NCBI GenBank assembly: GCA_045649265.1
Contig: JAZRPO010000065.1
Span: forward strand, 1 to 51,606
From: Eubacteriales bacterium
GTDB lineage: Bacteria > Bacillota > Clostridia > Oscillospirales > JAAYXM01
DNA: 51,606 bases
Reading direction: 5' to 3'
Under the pieces are notes generated by a model. It saw only the letters and a list, made by a program, of their open reading frames with translations, was not told the origin of the DNA and made no database searches. Positions within the stretch are counted from its first letter, which is position 1. The number at the start of each line of letters is the position of its first letter. A program made the position numbers and the translations under genes. Of this stretch, positions 1 through 9,677 are shown piece after piece.

Positions 1-2
1 GT

Positions 3-122
<120 letters not shown>

Positions 123-145
123 GTTTTAGTGACTTTTATTACAAA

Positions 146-180
146 AACACCCCCGAAAGAAATCTTTCGGGGGTGTTTTT
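146..180. terminator. bidirectional intrinsic terminator between convergent serS and potD
   Basis: aacacccccgaaaga / tctttcgggggtgtt inverted repeat, with an A-run before and a T-run after. Confidence 0.65.
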
Positions 181-189
181 AATAACTTT

Positions 190-1221
190 TTAGCTTCCTA
201 TACTTGTTTTGATCTCTGTCCAGAGCTCGTCATATATCTTCGTCTTATCACCAAGCGAAGAGAAAATTTCGAGGTTATATTTTGAAACATCAGGATATGC
301 CGTCGGGTCTTGCCCCGCCTCTCCCATAAGCTCACGAGCTGCTTTTGATGGGGAGGAGTATCCGATATATTCAGCATTCTGTGCTGCAATTTCCGGCGAG
401 CACATAAAGTCTATAAACTTCTCGGCGGCAACCTTATTCTTGCAGTTTTTCGGGATGCACATCGAGTCGAAAAAGATGTTTGAGCCTTCCTTCGGAATAA
501 CATATTCGAGGTCCTCATTAAAGCTCTTGCAGTAAACCGCATCACCGGCATAAACAAGCGCGAGAGCAGCCTCCCCGCCAATCATCTTATCCTTAACCTC
601 ATCAACAACCCAAGTCAGAACAAGCGGGCCCTGCTCTGCAAGCTTTTCCTTTGCAGCTTCAAGTGCTTCGGGATCAACCTCGTTTAAGCTGTATCCAAGG
701 TATTTAAGCGTTATTCCTATCGCATCGCGCTGGCTGTTGAGCATAATGATGTTCTGCTTATACTTTTCATTCCACAAGCTCCCCCAGCTATCTATCGGTT
801 CATCAACCATAGTTTTGTTATACAAGATTCCGACAGTACCCCATGTATACGGAACGGAATATTTGTTTTGAGGGTCAAACGACAAATCTTTATACTCTGC
901 ATCTATGTTGTCGTAGTTCGTGATGTTTGAGAAGTCAATCTCTGCAAGCATATCCTCTTCAATCATGCGCTCAATCATATAATCAGAAGGGATAATAACG
1001 TCATATGCGTTATTTGAGTTCTTAATCTTGGTATACATATCCTCGTTTGTCTCAAACATTTCATATATAACGCGGATACCCGTTGTTTCTTCAAATTGGT
1101 CAATAACTCCCGGTGCAATATAATCTCCCCAATTGTAAACACGCACAGTTTCTCTGTCATCTCCACAGGATGCAAAAATAAAGAGAAGTGCTGCAAGCAT
1201 TGCAATTAAAATCTTTTTCAT
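190..1221 (-). CDS. potD: spermidine/putrescine ABC transporter substrate-binding lipoprotein
   Basis: 343-aa ORF. N-terminal lipoprotein signal (LLFIFASCGDD). PotD/PotF-family sequence. Overlaps potC stop (ATGA-type junction). RBS aaaaggag upstream. Confidence 0.9.
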   Translation of the reverse strand: MKKILIAMLAALLFIFASCGDDRETVRVYNWGDYIAPGVIDQFEETTGIRVIYEMFETNEDMYTKIKNSNNAYDVIIPSDYMIERMIEEDMLAEIDFSNITNYDNIDAEYKDLSFDPQNKYSVPYTWGTVGILYNKTMVDEPIDSWGSLWNEKYKQNIIMLNSQRDAIGITLKYLGYSLNEVDPEALEAAKEKLAEQGPLVLTWVVDEVKDKMIGGEAALALVYAGDAVYCKSFNEDLEYVIPKEGSNIFFDSMCIPKNCKNKVAAEKFIDFMCSPEIAAQNAEYIGYSSPSKAARELMGEAGQDPTAYPDVSKYNLEIFSSLGDKTKIYDELWTEIKTSIGS

Positions 1222-2009
1222 AGACTGATGCTCCTTTTCTTTTCGTTTTCTTTCCGTGCGGCACCAATGTTTGCCAGCACAAGAATTATAAGGATAACTA
1301 CAAACATAATTGTTGAAAGCGCGTTAATCTCAGGCTTTATTCCTCTTTTTGCCATTGTGTAAATCGAAATCGAGAGGTTACTTACACCGTTCCCGGTGGT
1401 AAAGAAGCTTATGATAAAATCATCTATCGACATGGTAAGCGAAAGCAAAAATCCCGTTCCGATTCCCGGCAGAAGCTCCGGAAAAACCACTCTCCAAAAA
1501 GAGTTCCACGGCGTGCACCCCAAATCCTGAGCCGCATCATATAAGCTCCAATCAAGCTGACGCACCTTTGGCAAAACAGTAAGTATAACATATGGTATGC
1601 AAAAAGTGATGTGAGCTATGAGCATTGTGAAAAAACCAAGGTCAAGCCCGAGGAACGTAAAGAGAAGCATGAGCGAAACTCCTGTTACAATCTCCGCATT
1701 AAGCATCGGAATATATGCAACAGAGAGAACAAGCGTGCTTCCCGAGCGTTTTCCTCGCCCGAGGCCATATGCCGCCGATGAACCAATAACGGTTGCAATC
1801 AGAGCGGCCAAAACGCCGCAGAGCAACGTGGTATATAGGGCGCTCATAATGTCCTCATTTGAAAAAAGCTGACGATACCAGTCAAATGTAAATCCTTGCC
1901 ATACCGCACGCGACTTTGATGCGTTAAAGGAATACACCATCAACACAATAATAGGAGCATACAGAAACAAAAGGACAATCCCGAGATAAATCTTAGAAAG
2001 CTTTTTCAT
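1218..2009 (-). CDS. potC: spermidine/putrescine ABC transporter permease
   Basis: 263-aa multi-TM ORF with an EAA-like loop (YDAAQDLGCTPWNSFWRVVFP). 4-nt overlaps with both neighbours. Confidence 0.9.
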   Translation of the reverse strand: MKKLSKIYLGIVLLFLYAPIIVLMVYSFNASKSRAVWQGFTFDWYRQLFSNEDIMSALYTTLLCGVLAALIATVIGSSAAYGLGRGKRSGSTLVLSVAYIPMLNAEIVTGVSLMLLFTFLGLDLGFFTMLIAHITFCIPYVILTVLPKVRQLDWSLYDAAQDLGCTPWNSFWRVVFPELLPGIGTGFLLSLTMSIDDFIISFFTTGNGVSNLSISIYTMAKRGIKPEINALSTIMFVVILIILVLANIGAARKENEKKRSISL

Positions 2010-2842
2010 CGCAGAAGCCTCCCCCCGTTCCCATTATTGTTTTCGACATCGCCACGGTTTATGAAATACATAAACGCAAGAACGATAACCATAACAATAA
2101 CACTCACTGCGCTGCCGAAGTGCCAGTCATTAACAACGCGGAACTGCTGTTCAATAACGTCCCCGATAAGCGGAACCTTTCCTCCTCCCATGAGCTGAGA
2201 AATAACAAAAGTTGTTACACTCGGCACAAAAACCATCGCAACTCCCGAGAGAATACCGGGAACGGAGAAAGGAAGCGTAATCTTCATAAACGCCTGAACG
2301 CTATTTGCGCCAAGGTCTGCTGCCGCTTCAAGCAGGCTTTCATCAAGCTTTAAAAGTGTTATGTATATCGGCATTATCATAAATGGGATATAATTATACA
2401 CCGTTCCGAGGACTACGGCGCCCTCATTATAGAGAAAATGCACCTTGTCAAAGCCGAGCTTTACAAGCAACGTGTTTATAAGCCCCGTGTTTTCAAGAAT
2501 CGAAAGCCATGAATATGTTCTCAAAAGGAAATTCATCCACATCGGAAGAAGAATCAGAATAACTATTATGAGCTTATATTTTGACTTGCTCCGGGCAAGG
2601 ATATATGCAACCGGGTACCCGCAGAAAATGCAGATAACGGTCGAAATGATCGCAATTTTGAAGCTTCGGAGAAGAACCCCCATATACATCGGGTTAAACA
2701 TTCTTGAAAATGCTTCAAGCGTAAGGACATCCCCCGAAGAAGTTTGCTTTGTAAAAGCAAAATATATTACTATTGCAAGCGGGAAAACAACGAACACAGC
2801 TGTCCATACATACAGCGGAATCAAAAAAACTGTCTTTTTCAA
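2006..2842 (-). CDS. potB: spermidine/putrescine ABC transporter permease
   Basis: 278-aa multi-TM ORF with EAA loop (LEAAADLGANSVQAFMKITLP). Overlaps potA and potC. Confidence 0.9.
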   Translation of the reverse strand: MKKTVFLIPLYVWTAVFVVFPLAIVIYFAFTKQTSSGDVLTLEAFSRMFNPMYMGVLLRSFKIAIISTVICIFCGYPVAYILARSKSKYKLIIVILILLPMWMNFLLRTYSWLSILENTGLINTLLVKLGFDKVHFLYNEGAVVLGTVYNYIPFMIMPIYITLLKLDESLLEAAADLGANSVQAFMKITLPFSVPGILSGVAMVFVPSVTTFVISQLMGGGKVPLIGDVIEQQFRVVNDWHFGSAVSVIVMVIVLAFMYFINRGDVENNNGNGGRLLR

Positions 2843-3945
2843 TTTGTGACCTCCGCTTCAGACACACGAACAGGCTTTTCCGTATTTACTTTTCTGTCCG
2901 GAGAGTTTTCGCTCTTGTGCATAACCTGAATATCCTCAGGCGCAACTCTGAGAGAAACCCTCGTTCCCGGCGAACAATTTACTGTGGATTGGGCTATAAT
3001 CGTCTCTCCGTGGCAATCCACCCGCATTTCATAATGAACACCCTTGAAAATCGAGGAAACAACCTCTCCGCACGGGTATTCAGCATTGACCTCTGAGAGC
3101 TTGACATCTTCCGGGCGCAAAACAACGTCTACCGGTACATTTTCGCCAAATCCCGCATCAACACACTTAAACACGTGCCCAAGGAATGAAACCTCGTAAT
3201 CCTTTACCATCTTTGCACAAAGAATATTGCTGTCGCCGATAAAATCTGCAACAAACGCATTCTTCGGCTCGTTATATATATCCTGAGGCGAGCCTATCTG
3301 CTGAATTCTGCCGCCGTTCATAACGACAATGGTATCGGACATCGTAAGCGCTTCTTCCTGGTCATGAGTAACATATACAAACGTGATTCCGCTTTCCTGC
3401 TGAATCCGTTTAAGCTCGATCTGCATTTCCTTGCGTAGCTTTAAATCAAGCGCGCCGAGCGGCTCGTCAAGAAGGAGAATATCCGGCTTATTAATAAGCG
3501 CGCGAGCAACCGCAACACGCTGCTGTTGGCCGCCTGAAAGTGTCGTAACATCACGGTCGCGGAAGCCTCGAAGGCTTACAAGCTCAAGCATTTCATCAAC
3601 ATCGCGGGCTATCTTTTTCTTGTCCCACTTTTTGATGTTAGGGCCAAAAGCGATATTTTCGCCAACTGTCATCTTCGGGAAAAGCGCATATCTCTGAAAA
3701 ACCGTGTTAATGTTTCTCTTGTGCGGAGGAAGATCATTAATGCACTTTCCCTTGTAAAAGAGCTTACCCTCAGTCGGCTTCAAAAAGCCGCCTATTATCC
3801 TGAGCAAGGTTGTTTTTCCGCAGCCAGATGGGCCAAGAAGCGTAAGAAACTCGTTTTTCTCTATATACAAGTTAATCCCGTTTAAAACCTCCATATCGTC
3901 AAAGGTTTTATAAATATCCGAAAGCTCAAGAATTCTTTCTCCCAT
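2839..3945 (-). CDS. potA: spermidine/putrescine ABC transporter ATP-binding protein
   Basis: 368 aa. Walker A GPSGCGKTT, signature [10 protein letters not shown], Walker B ILLLDEP. C-terminal TOBE-like regulatory domain. Confidence 0.92.
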   Translation of the reverse strand: MGERILELSDIYKTFDDMEVLNGINLYIEKNEFLTLLGPSGCGKTTLLRIIGGFLKPTEGKLFYKGKCINDLPPHKRNINTVFQRYALFPKMTVGENIAFGPNIKKWDKKKIARDVDEMLELVSLRGFRDRDVTTLSGGQQQRVAVARALINKPDILLLDEPLGALDLKLRKEMQIELKRIQQESGITFVYVTHDQEEALTMSDTIVVMNGGRIQQIGSPQDIYNEPKNAFVADFIGDSNILCAKMVKDYEVSFLGHVFKCVDAGFGENVPVDVVLRPEDVKLSEVNAEYPCGEVVSSIFKGVHYEMRVDCHGETIIAQSTVNCSPGTRVSLRVAPEDIQVMHKSENSPDRKVNTEKPVRVSEAEVTN

Positions 3946-3982
3946 CTCAATCTCCTGTCATATACAAAAAGTTTAGTATAGT

Positions 3983-4528
3983 TTAAAAGTTAGGCGGCGA
4001 GGAAACCCATATAATCTGCGCCGCACTTTTCCCCCGGTTTTTAATACTGTGCTGTTTATCCGCCTTGAAATAAAACGCATCTCCACGGCGCAGGCGCTTT
4101 GTCTGCAACCCTAACCGCAGCGTTATTGCACCCGAAAGAACGTATCCGAACTCTTCACCCGTATGCGGCATATCAACAGGTGTTTCCTGCCCGGGAAGGA
4201 TTTCATACAGAATAGGCTCCATTGAGTTTTTCTGTGCCGTCGAAACGAGCCATGTCATGCTGCCGACATCGTCAATGTTTTTAACGCACATATCCTCGCT
4301 CTTATATACTACCTGCTCGGAATCCCCCGTCTGTGCAAAGAATTCTTCAAACGATGTTCCCAGCGCATCAAAAATATCAGAGAGGGTAGCAAGGCTCGGA
4401 GCGGTCTGGTTTGATTCAAGCTGCGATATAAAGCCCTTTGAAAGCTCACAACGGTCTGCAAGCTCCTGCTGCGTAAGCCCATAGTAAAGCCTTAAAAGCT
4501 TTATTCTCCCGCCTATGTCAATATTCAC
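3983..4528 (-). CDS. XRE-family HTH + cupin transcriptional regulator (PuuR-like), first gene of the pot operon
   Basis: N-terminal HTH (IGGRIKLLRLYYGLTQQELADRCELSKGFISQLE) and C-terminal cupin (GEEFGYVLSGAITL...GDAFYF). Start uncertain: GTG at 4528 has an aaaggtg RBS; the ORF track extends to TTG/ATG at 4552/4549. Confidence 0.8.
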   Translation of the reverse strand: MNIDIGGRIKLLRLYYGLTQQELADRCELSKGFISQLESNQTAPSLATLSDIFDALGTSFEEFFAQTGDSEQVVYKSEDMCVKNIDDVGSMTWLVSTAQKNSMEPILYEILPGQETPVDMPHTGEEFGYVLSGAITLRLGLQTKRLRRGDAFYFKADKQHSIKNRGKSAAQIIWVSSPPNF

Positions 4529-4552
4529 GTTTATCACCTTTTTAAGCATCAA

Positions 4553-4596
4553 AAAACCACCGCAGGAAGCCTTTTCGTGTAGTGGTTTTCTGAAAT
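4553..4596 (-). terminator. terminator-like hairpin in the 5' leader of the regulator-potABCD operon
   Basis: On the - strand: aaaaccactaca..(13-nt loop)..tgcggtggtttttt. The T-run ends immediately before the ORF. Confidence 0.4.
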
Positions 4597-4654
4597 TTTA
4601 TTTTACAGGGTAAAGTTTTGTAAAAATAAACTTTGAGTTTGATATTAGGTTTAC

Positions 4655-4683
4655 AATATAACATATATACACCTTTTTGTCAA
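4655..4683 (-). promoter_or_regulatory. sigma-A-type promoter for regulator-potABCD
   Basis: - strand TTGACA (4683-4678), 17 nt, TATATT (4660-4655). Confidence 0.45.
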
Positions 4684-4730
4684 TAGGTTTTTCGATATAT
4701 TTCGCTATATTCGAAATTTTTTTGGCGCAA

Positions 4731-4757
4731 AAAAAAAGGATGCAATTTTGCATCCTT
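4731..4757 (-). terminator. intrinsic terminator of the amino-acid ABC operon
   Basis: ggatgc-aatttt-gcatcc hairpin followed on the - strand by a 7-nt T-run (A-run 4731-4737 on +). Confidence 0.6.
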
Positions 4758-4768
4758 GCTGTGGGTTT

Positions 4769-5497
4769 CTATAACACTTTTCCGAGAAACGCCTTCAATC
4801 GCGGGCTCTTCGGATTGTCGAAAATCTCCTCGGGAGTTCCCGATTCCGCTATAACGCCCTCATCCATGAAAAGCACCCTCGTTGCAACCTCACGCGCAAA
4901 GCCCATTTCGTGAGTAACAACAACCATTGTCATTCCCATTTCGGCAACCTCGCGCATAATTTCGAGAACCTCTCCTACCATTTCCGGGTCAAGCGCACTT
5001 GTCGGCTCATCAAAAAGCATAACATCGGGGTTCATTGCAAGAGCTCTTGCGATTGCAATTCTCTGTTGCTGTCCGCCTGAAAGCTGGCCGGGATATGCAT
5101 CTGCCTTTTCAGGGAGACCTACACGAGCAAGAAGCGCGAGAGCCTTTTCCTCTGCCTCTTTCTCCGTCATAAGCTTGAGCTTCACGGGGGCAAGCTTTAT
5201 GTTTTCCTTGACCGTCATATGCGGAAAAAGGTTAAACTGCTGAAAAACCATTCCCATCTTCTGACGGAGCTTGTTTATGTCGTTCTTCGAGTCTGTTATA
5301 TCCGTTCCCTCAAAGAAAATATGCCCGTCTGTCGGCTGTTCAAGAAGGTTCAAGCATCTTAAAAAGGTGGACTTTCCGGAGCCCGAAGCCCCGATAATTA
5401 CGACCTTTTCGCCTTTTTCGATGTGCTCGTCAATATTTTTCAAGACGACATTGTCTCCAAAGGCCTTTTTTAGCCCTTTAACGTTTATCACTTGCAC
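4769..5497 (-). CDS. polar amino-acid ABC transporter ATP-binding protein (GlnQ/ArtP-like)
   Basis: Walker [37 protein letters not shown]. True start is probably GTG at 5497 or 5491, just after GGAGG, overlapping the permease stop. The longer tracked ORF to 5566 is likely an over-extension. Confidence 0.9.
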   Translation of the reverse strand: MQVINVKGLKKAFGDNVVLKNIDEHIEKGEKVVIIGASGSGKSTFLRCLNLLEQPTDGHIFFEGTDITDSKNDINKLRQKMGMVFQQFNLFPHMTVKENIKLAPVKLKLMTEKEAEEKALALLARVGLPEKADAYPGQLSGGQQQRIAIARALAMNPDVMLFDEPTSALDPEMVGEVLEIMREVAEMGMTMVVVTHEMGFAREVATRVLFMDEGVIAESGTPEEIFDNPKSPRLKAFLGKVL

Positions 5498-6257
5498 GCA
5501 GCCTCCTTTCCAAGATTCCAAGTAGCTTTGTAAGAAGCATAACAAGAACAAGATATATAACCGCAAGGCTTATATACGGAACAACTGCGGTATATGCCTT
5601 TGAAACAATTACCTGTGCCGCCTTTGTAATGTCCTGCAAGGCTATGACGGTGACGAGCGATGTCTCCTTAAGAAGAGCAATAAGCTCATTTCCGAGCGCC
5701 GGAAGAATGTTCTTAAACGCCTGAGGGAGAATAATGCTCGTCATCGTCTGCCAATAGTTAAGCCCGAGACTTCTTCCCGCTTCCATCTGGCCTGCATTTA
5801 TTGACATAATGCCCGAGCGCGCAATCTCTGCAACATACGCACCCGAGTTAATTCCAAGTGTTATAATAGCGCAGAGCATAGTTTCGAAATTTCCTTTCGG
5901 AACCATAACAACAAATCCCATAATGAGAAGCTGGACCATAAGCGGAGTTCCGCGCAAAACGGTTACATATATCTTACAAATCGAATTGAATATGCGCAAA
6001 AGGAAGTTCGGGCGGCCACGAAAACTATCGTGAGTAGAGCGGATGATTGCAACAATCATACCGATAATTGTCCCTATAATAAGCGCTCCGAGTGTGACTA
6101 TAAATGTCGTCGTGAGTCCGTCGGTAAAGAACTTCCACCTGTTTTCATAGATAAAAACCTGGAAAACCTGAAAGCAGAAGCGTTGAAGGCCCTCGGGGAG
6201 TGCGAGAATCCATTCAGGTGCTTCGGCTATCCATTTTGCAAAAGTAAGAACGGTCAA
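5478..6257 (-). CDS. amino-acid ABC transporter permease (His/Glu/Gln/Arg family)
   Basis: 259-aa multi-TM ORF with the family motif [31 protein letters not shown]. Confidence 0.9.
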   Translation of the reverse strand: MTVLTFAKWIAEAPEWILALPEGLQRFCFQVFQVFIYENRWKFFTDGLTTTFIVTLGALIIGTIIGMIVAIIRSTHDSFRGRPNFLLRIFNSICKIYVTVLRGTPLMVQLLIMGFVVMVPKGNFETMLCAIITLGINSGAYVAEIARSGIMSINAGQMEAGRSLGLNYWQTMTSIILPQAFKNILPALGNELIALLKETSLVTVIALQDITKAAQVIVSKAYTAVVPYISLAVIYLVLVMLLTKLLGILERRLRASDKR

Positions 6258-6288
6258 GATTTTTATTCCCCTTTCTTTTCACAAGAAA

Positions 6289-6309
6289 AGGGGCGGAAGT
6301 CCCGCCCCC
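6289..6309 (-). terminator. GC-rich hairpin between the binding-protein and permease genes (partial terminator / mRNA stabiliser)
   Basis: - strand GGGGCGGGACTTCCGCCCC followed by TTTTCTTGTG, located inside the operon. Confidence 0.45.
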
Positions 6310-6336
6310 TCATAATACTCTGATATTTACAGGAGA

Positions 6337-7077
6337 TTATTCAGCCTTGATGTACTTTCCAATGATTTCATCAATAACGCCTGCATCCTTAAGCTCTGCA
6401 AGAGCAGCATTGACCTTATCAAGAAGCTCTGTGTTTTCCTTTGCGATAGCAGCAGCATAGTCTTCTGTGATGTACTCTGTGTCAAGAATCTTGAGACCTT
6501 CGTTTGCTTCTACATATGCCTTTGCCGGCTGATTGTCGATAACAACGCAGTCAACCTGGCCGTTCTGAAGAGCAGCAACTGCGAGAGCACCGTTGTCATA
6601 ACGTGCAACAGCCTCTTCGCCATAGTCGCTTGCACAATACTGGTCGCCTGTTGTGCCTGTCTGAACGCCGATCTTCTTGCCTGCAAGGTCGTCAGTTGTT
6701 GCAATCGCACTGTCCTCAGTAACGATAACAACCTGAACGCCTGTTGCGTAAGAGTCTGTGAAGTTTACGCTTTCTTTTCTCTCTTCTGTAACTGTGAGCC
6801 CTGCGAGAACGATATCAACAGCGCCGGAAGAAACAGCAGTGATAAGAGAGTCAAAAGCCATGTCCTTGATTTCGAGCTTCATACCGAGCTTTTCTGCAAC
6901 AGCTTCTGCAATTTCAGCATCAATTCCGACAATTTTGTTGTTTCCATCAACAAATTCATACGGCGGGAATGCAGCGTTTGTTCCCATTGTGAGCGTTTCT
7001 CCTGTCGGAGCTTCACAGCCCACGATTGCAAAAAGCATAATCGCAGCAAGTGCAAGTGCTAAAACTTTTTTTGTCAT
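6337..7077 (-). CDS. amino-acid ABC transporter substrate-binding lipoprotein
   Basis: Start ATG at 7077 preceded by GGGAGG. Signal MTKKVLALALAAIMLFAIVGC (lipobox). Family-3 SBP motifs (GIDAEIAEAVAEKLG, GLTVTEERK). Confidence 0.9.
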   Translation of the reverse strand: MTKKVLALALAAIMLFAIVGCEAPTGETLTMGTNAAFPPYEFVDGNNKIVGIDAEIAEAVAEKLGMKLEIKDMAFDSLITAVSSGAVDIVLAGLTVTEERKESVNFTDSYATGVQVVIVTEDSAIATTDDLAGKKIGVQTGTTGDQYCASDYGEEAVARYDNGALAVAALQNGQVDCVVIDNQPAKAYVEANEGLKILDTEYITEDYAAAIAKENTELLDKVNAALAELKDAGVIDEIIGKYIKAE

Positions 7078-7130
7078 TTTATTTGACCTCCCAAAATAAT
7101 TTTGTGAACTTTTATTCACTTATCAGGATA

Positions 7131-7159
7131 ATTATACCATTATAGAATTAAAAAGTAAA
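7131..7159 (-). promoter_or_regulatory. candidate promoter of the amino-acid ABC operon
   Basis: - strand TTTACT, 17 nt, TATAAT. Confidence 0.4.
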
Positions 7160-7361
7160 GACGAATTTAATACTTCACTTTTTGTTTTTTATATCATTTT
7201 TACTTTGTTTTTGAAAACACTATGTAAAATAGTTAAACTTTTTTACCCTTTGTTATAGAGTGTCGCGAGTTTTTACGATTTAACACATTTGCAAGGTTGA
7301 AATAAAGCTTTTTTTATGATAAACTAAAAAAGTTAAAAGATCGGCAAAGGGGATGTAAGAT

Positions 7362-8849
7362 ATGTGGCAAGTGGGATTTGATAACGATGCATATATAAAG
7401 CGTCAGTCAGAGCAGATTCGAGAGAGAATCCGTGCTTTTGGAGGAAAGCTCTATCTTGAATTCGGAGGAAAGCTCTTTGACGATTTTCACGCTTCCCGCG
7501 TGCTTCCGGGCTTCCAGCCTAACAGCAAGCTGCAAATGCTTAAAACCCTTTCCGATGATGCAGAGCTTGTTATCGTAATAAGTGCTTCCGACATCGAAAA
7601 AAACAAGGTGAGAAACGACCTTGGCATCACATATGATAGTGATGTTCTCAGGCTTATTGATGCTTTCCGTGCAGTCGGCCTTTATGTGGGTAGCGTCTGT
7701 ATATCGCGTTTTAATGACCAACCGAGCGTTGTCGCTTTTAAAGAAAAGCTTGAAACTCTCGGTATGCGTGTATATCTCCACTATGCAATCGACGGTTATC
7801 CGGTGAATGTTTCCCATATCGTGAGCGAAGAGGGTTTTGGCAAGAATGACTATATCGAAACCTCCCGCCCCCTCGTTGTTGTCACCGCTCCCGGTCCGGG
7901 TAGCGGAAAGATGGCAACTTGTCTTTCTCAGCTTTACCACGAATTTACAAGAGGGATTTCTGCCGGATATGCAAAGTTTGAGACCTTCCCTGTCTGGAAC
8001 ATTCCTCTCAAACACCCCGTAAACCTCGCCTATGAGGCTGCTACCGCAGATCTTGACGATGTTAATATGATAGACCCCTACCATCTTGAAGCCTATGGCG
8101 AAACTACCGTCAACTACAACCGCGATGTTGAAGTTTTTCCCGTTCTTCGTGCAATATTTGAAAAAATCCTCGGCAAGAGCCCATATAATTCTCCAACCGA
8201 TATGGGAGTTAATATGGCAGGCTTTTGCATAACAAATGACGATGCTGTTCAGAACGCATCAAAAGCTGAAATTATCAGGCGTTATTTCAGCGTTATGTGT
8301 GGAAGAAAGCTCGGCGGCGGTTCGGATTCCGCCGTCACAAAGGTCGAGCTTCTTATGAAGCAGGCAGGGGTTACCCCCGATGACCGCGCCGTTGTCAGCG
8401 CCGCTCTGCGAAAATCAGAACTCTCCGGCGATGAACCGGCTGTTGCAATCGAGCTTCCCGACGGCAGAATTGTCACCGGACGTAACACAAAGCTTCTCGG
8501 CCCGTCTGCCTCTGCTCTTTTAAACGCCGTTAAAGCGCTCGGCGGAATAGACGACTCAATTCATTTGATCCCGCCGGAGGTTATTGAGCCTATTCAGTCT
8601 CTTAAAACCGACATCCTCGGCAACCACAACCCTCGGCTTCATTCGGATGAAATCTTAATCGCCCTGACCGTCTCGGCTGCTCAAAGCGAAACCGCAGCGC
8701 TTGCAACCTCAAAGCTTTCAGAGCTGCGCTTCTGCGAGGCGCATTCGACCGTTATTCTTTCTCAGGTTGACCTTGATGTTTACAGAAAGCTCGGCATCAA
8801 CCTCACCTGTGAGCCGAGAAGGCAATCCAAAAAGCTGTACTATAAATAA
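7362..8849 (+). CDS. UPF0371 / DUF1846 family protein (conserved, function unknown)
   Basis: 495 aa. Recalled family blocks: KLYLEFGGKL.DDFHA.RVLPGF, VVVTAPGPGSGKMATCLSQLYHE, GYAKFETFPVWNIPLKHPVNLAYEAATADLDDVNMIDP. Confidence 0.85.
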   Translation: MWQVGFDNDAYIKRQSEQIRERIRAFGGKLYLEFGGKLFDDFHASRVLPGFQPNSKLQMLKTLSDDAELVIVISASDIEKNKVRNDLGITYDSDVLRLIDAFRAVGLYVGSVCISRFNDQPSVVAFKEKLETLGMRVYLHYAIDGYPVNVSHIVSEEGFGKNDYIETSRPLVVVTAPGPGSGKMATCLSQLYHEFTRGISAGYAKFETFPVWNIPLKHPVNLAYEAATADLDDVNMIDPYHLEAYGETTVNYNRDVEVFPVLRAIFEKILGKSPYNSPTDMGVNMAGFCITNDDAVQNASKAEIIRRYFSVMCGRKLGGGSDSAVTKVELLMKQAGVTPDDRAVVSAALRKSELSGDEPAVAIELPDGRIVTGRNTKLLGPSASALLNAVKALGGIDDSIHLIPPEVIEPIQSLKTDILGNHNPRLHSDEILIALTVSAAQSETAALATSKLSELRFCEAHSTVILSQVDLDVYRKLGINLTCEPRRQSKKLYYK

Positions 8850-8852
8850 TTT

Positions 8853-8893
8853 AAAGAACCGTAATTTTGATACAAAATTACGGTTCTTTTTGG
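8853..8893. terminator. bidirectional intrinsic terminator (UPF0371 / histidine phosphatase, convergent)
   Basis: aaagaaccgtaatttt-gatac-aaaattacggttcttt perfect 16-bp stem, followed by a T-run. Confidence 0.7.
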
Positions 8894-8946
8894 TATATGA
8901 GGATAAATTTTCGGATCTGCGCTGCTATGAAGTAATGTAATCCTGT

Positions 8947-9585
8947 TTATTTAAAAACCTCTTCGGTAGTTTTATCCGTCAAATGCTCAATATAGCCTAT
9001 TTCGCGCCATTTTATCGAACCATTGTTGTATTCAGCAACCGTAATGGAGCTGTTTGGAACGTGCGGAATATCTTTGATTTTATCAAGCGGCACATTATCC
9101 CATGCAGCGCGCAGAGTGCGAATAATGCCGCCGTGAGTTCCTACAACAATGGTTTTGCCTTCATTTTCTGCCGCAATTTGTTCAAAAGCAGCCCTTCCGC
9201 GGTGCATCGCATCAGCATAGCTCTCACCGCCGTCAAAACATGCAAGCCCTGCGCTTTTCTTGTAAAGGGCAAAGCTTTCAGGATATTCGTTTTCCACTTC
9301 CTCGATGAGCTTGCCTTCCCACTCTCCCACATCCACTTCCCGCAAATCCTTGCGTTTTACCACCGTAACACCCAAGGCATCTGCGATTGGTTTTACAGTT
9401 TCGTATGCACGCGATAAATCGCTCGAATAAATGCTGTCAACCTGAAAATTATTTACAATATAGTCAGCTGTTGAAATTGCTTGCGCGTGGCCGACTGCAT
9501 CCAGCGGAAGATCCATCTGTCCTGAAAAGCGTTTTTCTTTATTTCCCATACTGTATCCGTGCCTTATAATAATAAATGTTACCAT
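8947..9585 (-). CDS. histidine phosphatase family protein (phosphoglycerate-mutase-like)
   Basis: 212 aa. N-terminal RHG motif (IIIRHGYSMGN) and distal THGG motif (VVGTHGGIIR). Confidence 0.85.
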   Translation of the reverse strand: MVTFIIIRHGYSMGNKEKRFSGQMDLPLDAVGHAQAISTADYIVNNFQVDSIYSSDLSRAYETVKPIADALGVTVVKRKDLREVDVGEWEGKLIEEVENEYPESFALYKKSAGLACFDGGESYADAMHRGRAAFEQIAAENEGKTIVVGTHGGIIRTLRAAWDNVPLDKIKDIPHVPNSSITVAEYNNGSIKWREIGYIEHLTDKTTEEVFK

Positions 9586-9677
9586 CTAAATCCCGCCCCT
9601 TCTTGTTGCGTTTAATCTCACCGATGCTTCTGAGCACAAAACCGTTTGTTTATTAAAAGAGTTTTTGGTTGTAACTT

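Noticed and set aside
4769-5566. N-terminal extension of the amino-acid ABC ATPase ([23 protein letters not shown]...).
   Set aside because: The extension overlaps the permease 3' end by about 90 nt. GGAGG followed by GTG at 5497/5491 gives the canonical ATPase N-terminus ([12 protein letters not shown]).
7407-8084. Long antisense ORFs inside well-supported genes. Examples: 7407-8084 (- strand, in UPF0371), 20147-20734 and 20275-20676 (in gyrB), 25012-25599 (in dnaA), 40462-41112 (in aspS), 46461-47009 (in aroE/K), 47708-48214 and 48375-48914 (in the BY-kinase module), 50314-50736 (in the SLH gene).
   Set aside because: Each lies fully within a gene whose translation has clear family motifs. 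Their products are low-complexity or Arg/Ser/Cys-rich with no RBS. This is the typical shadow-ORF pattern of the coding frame opposite.
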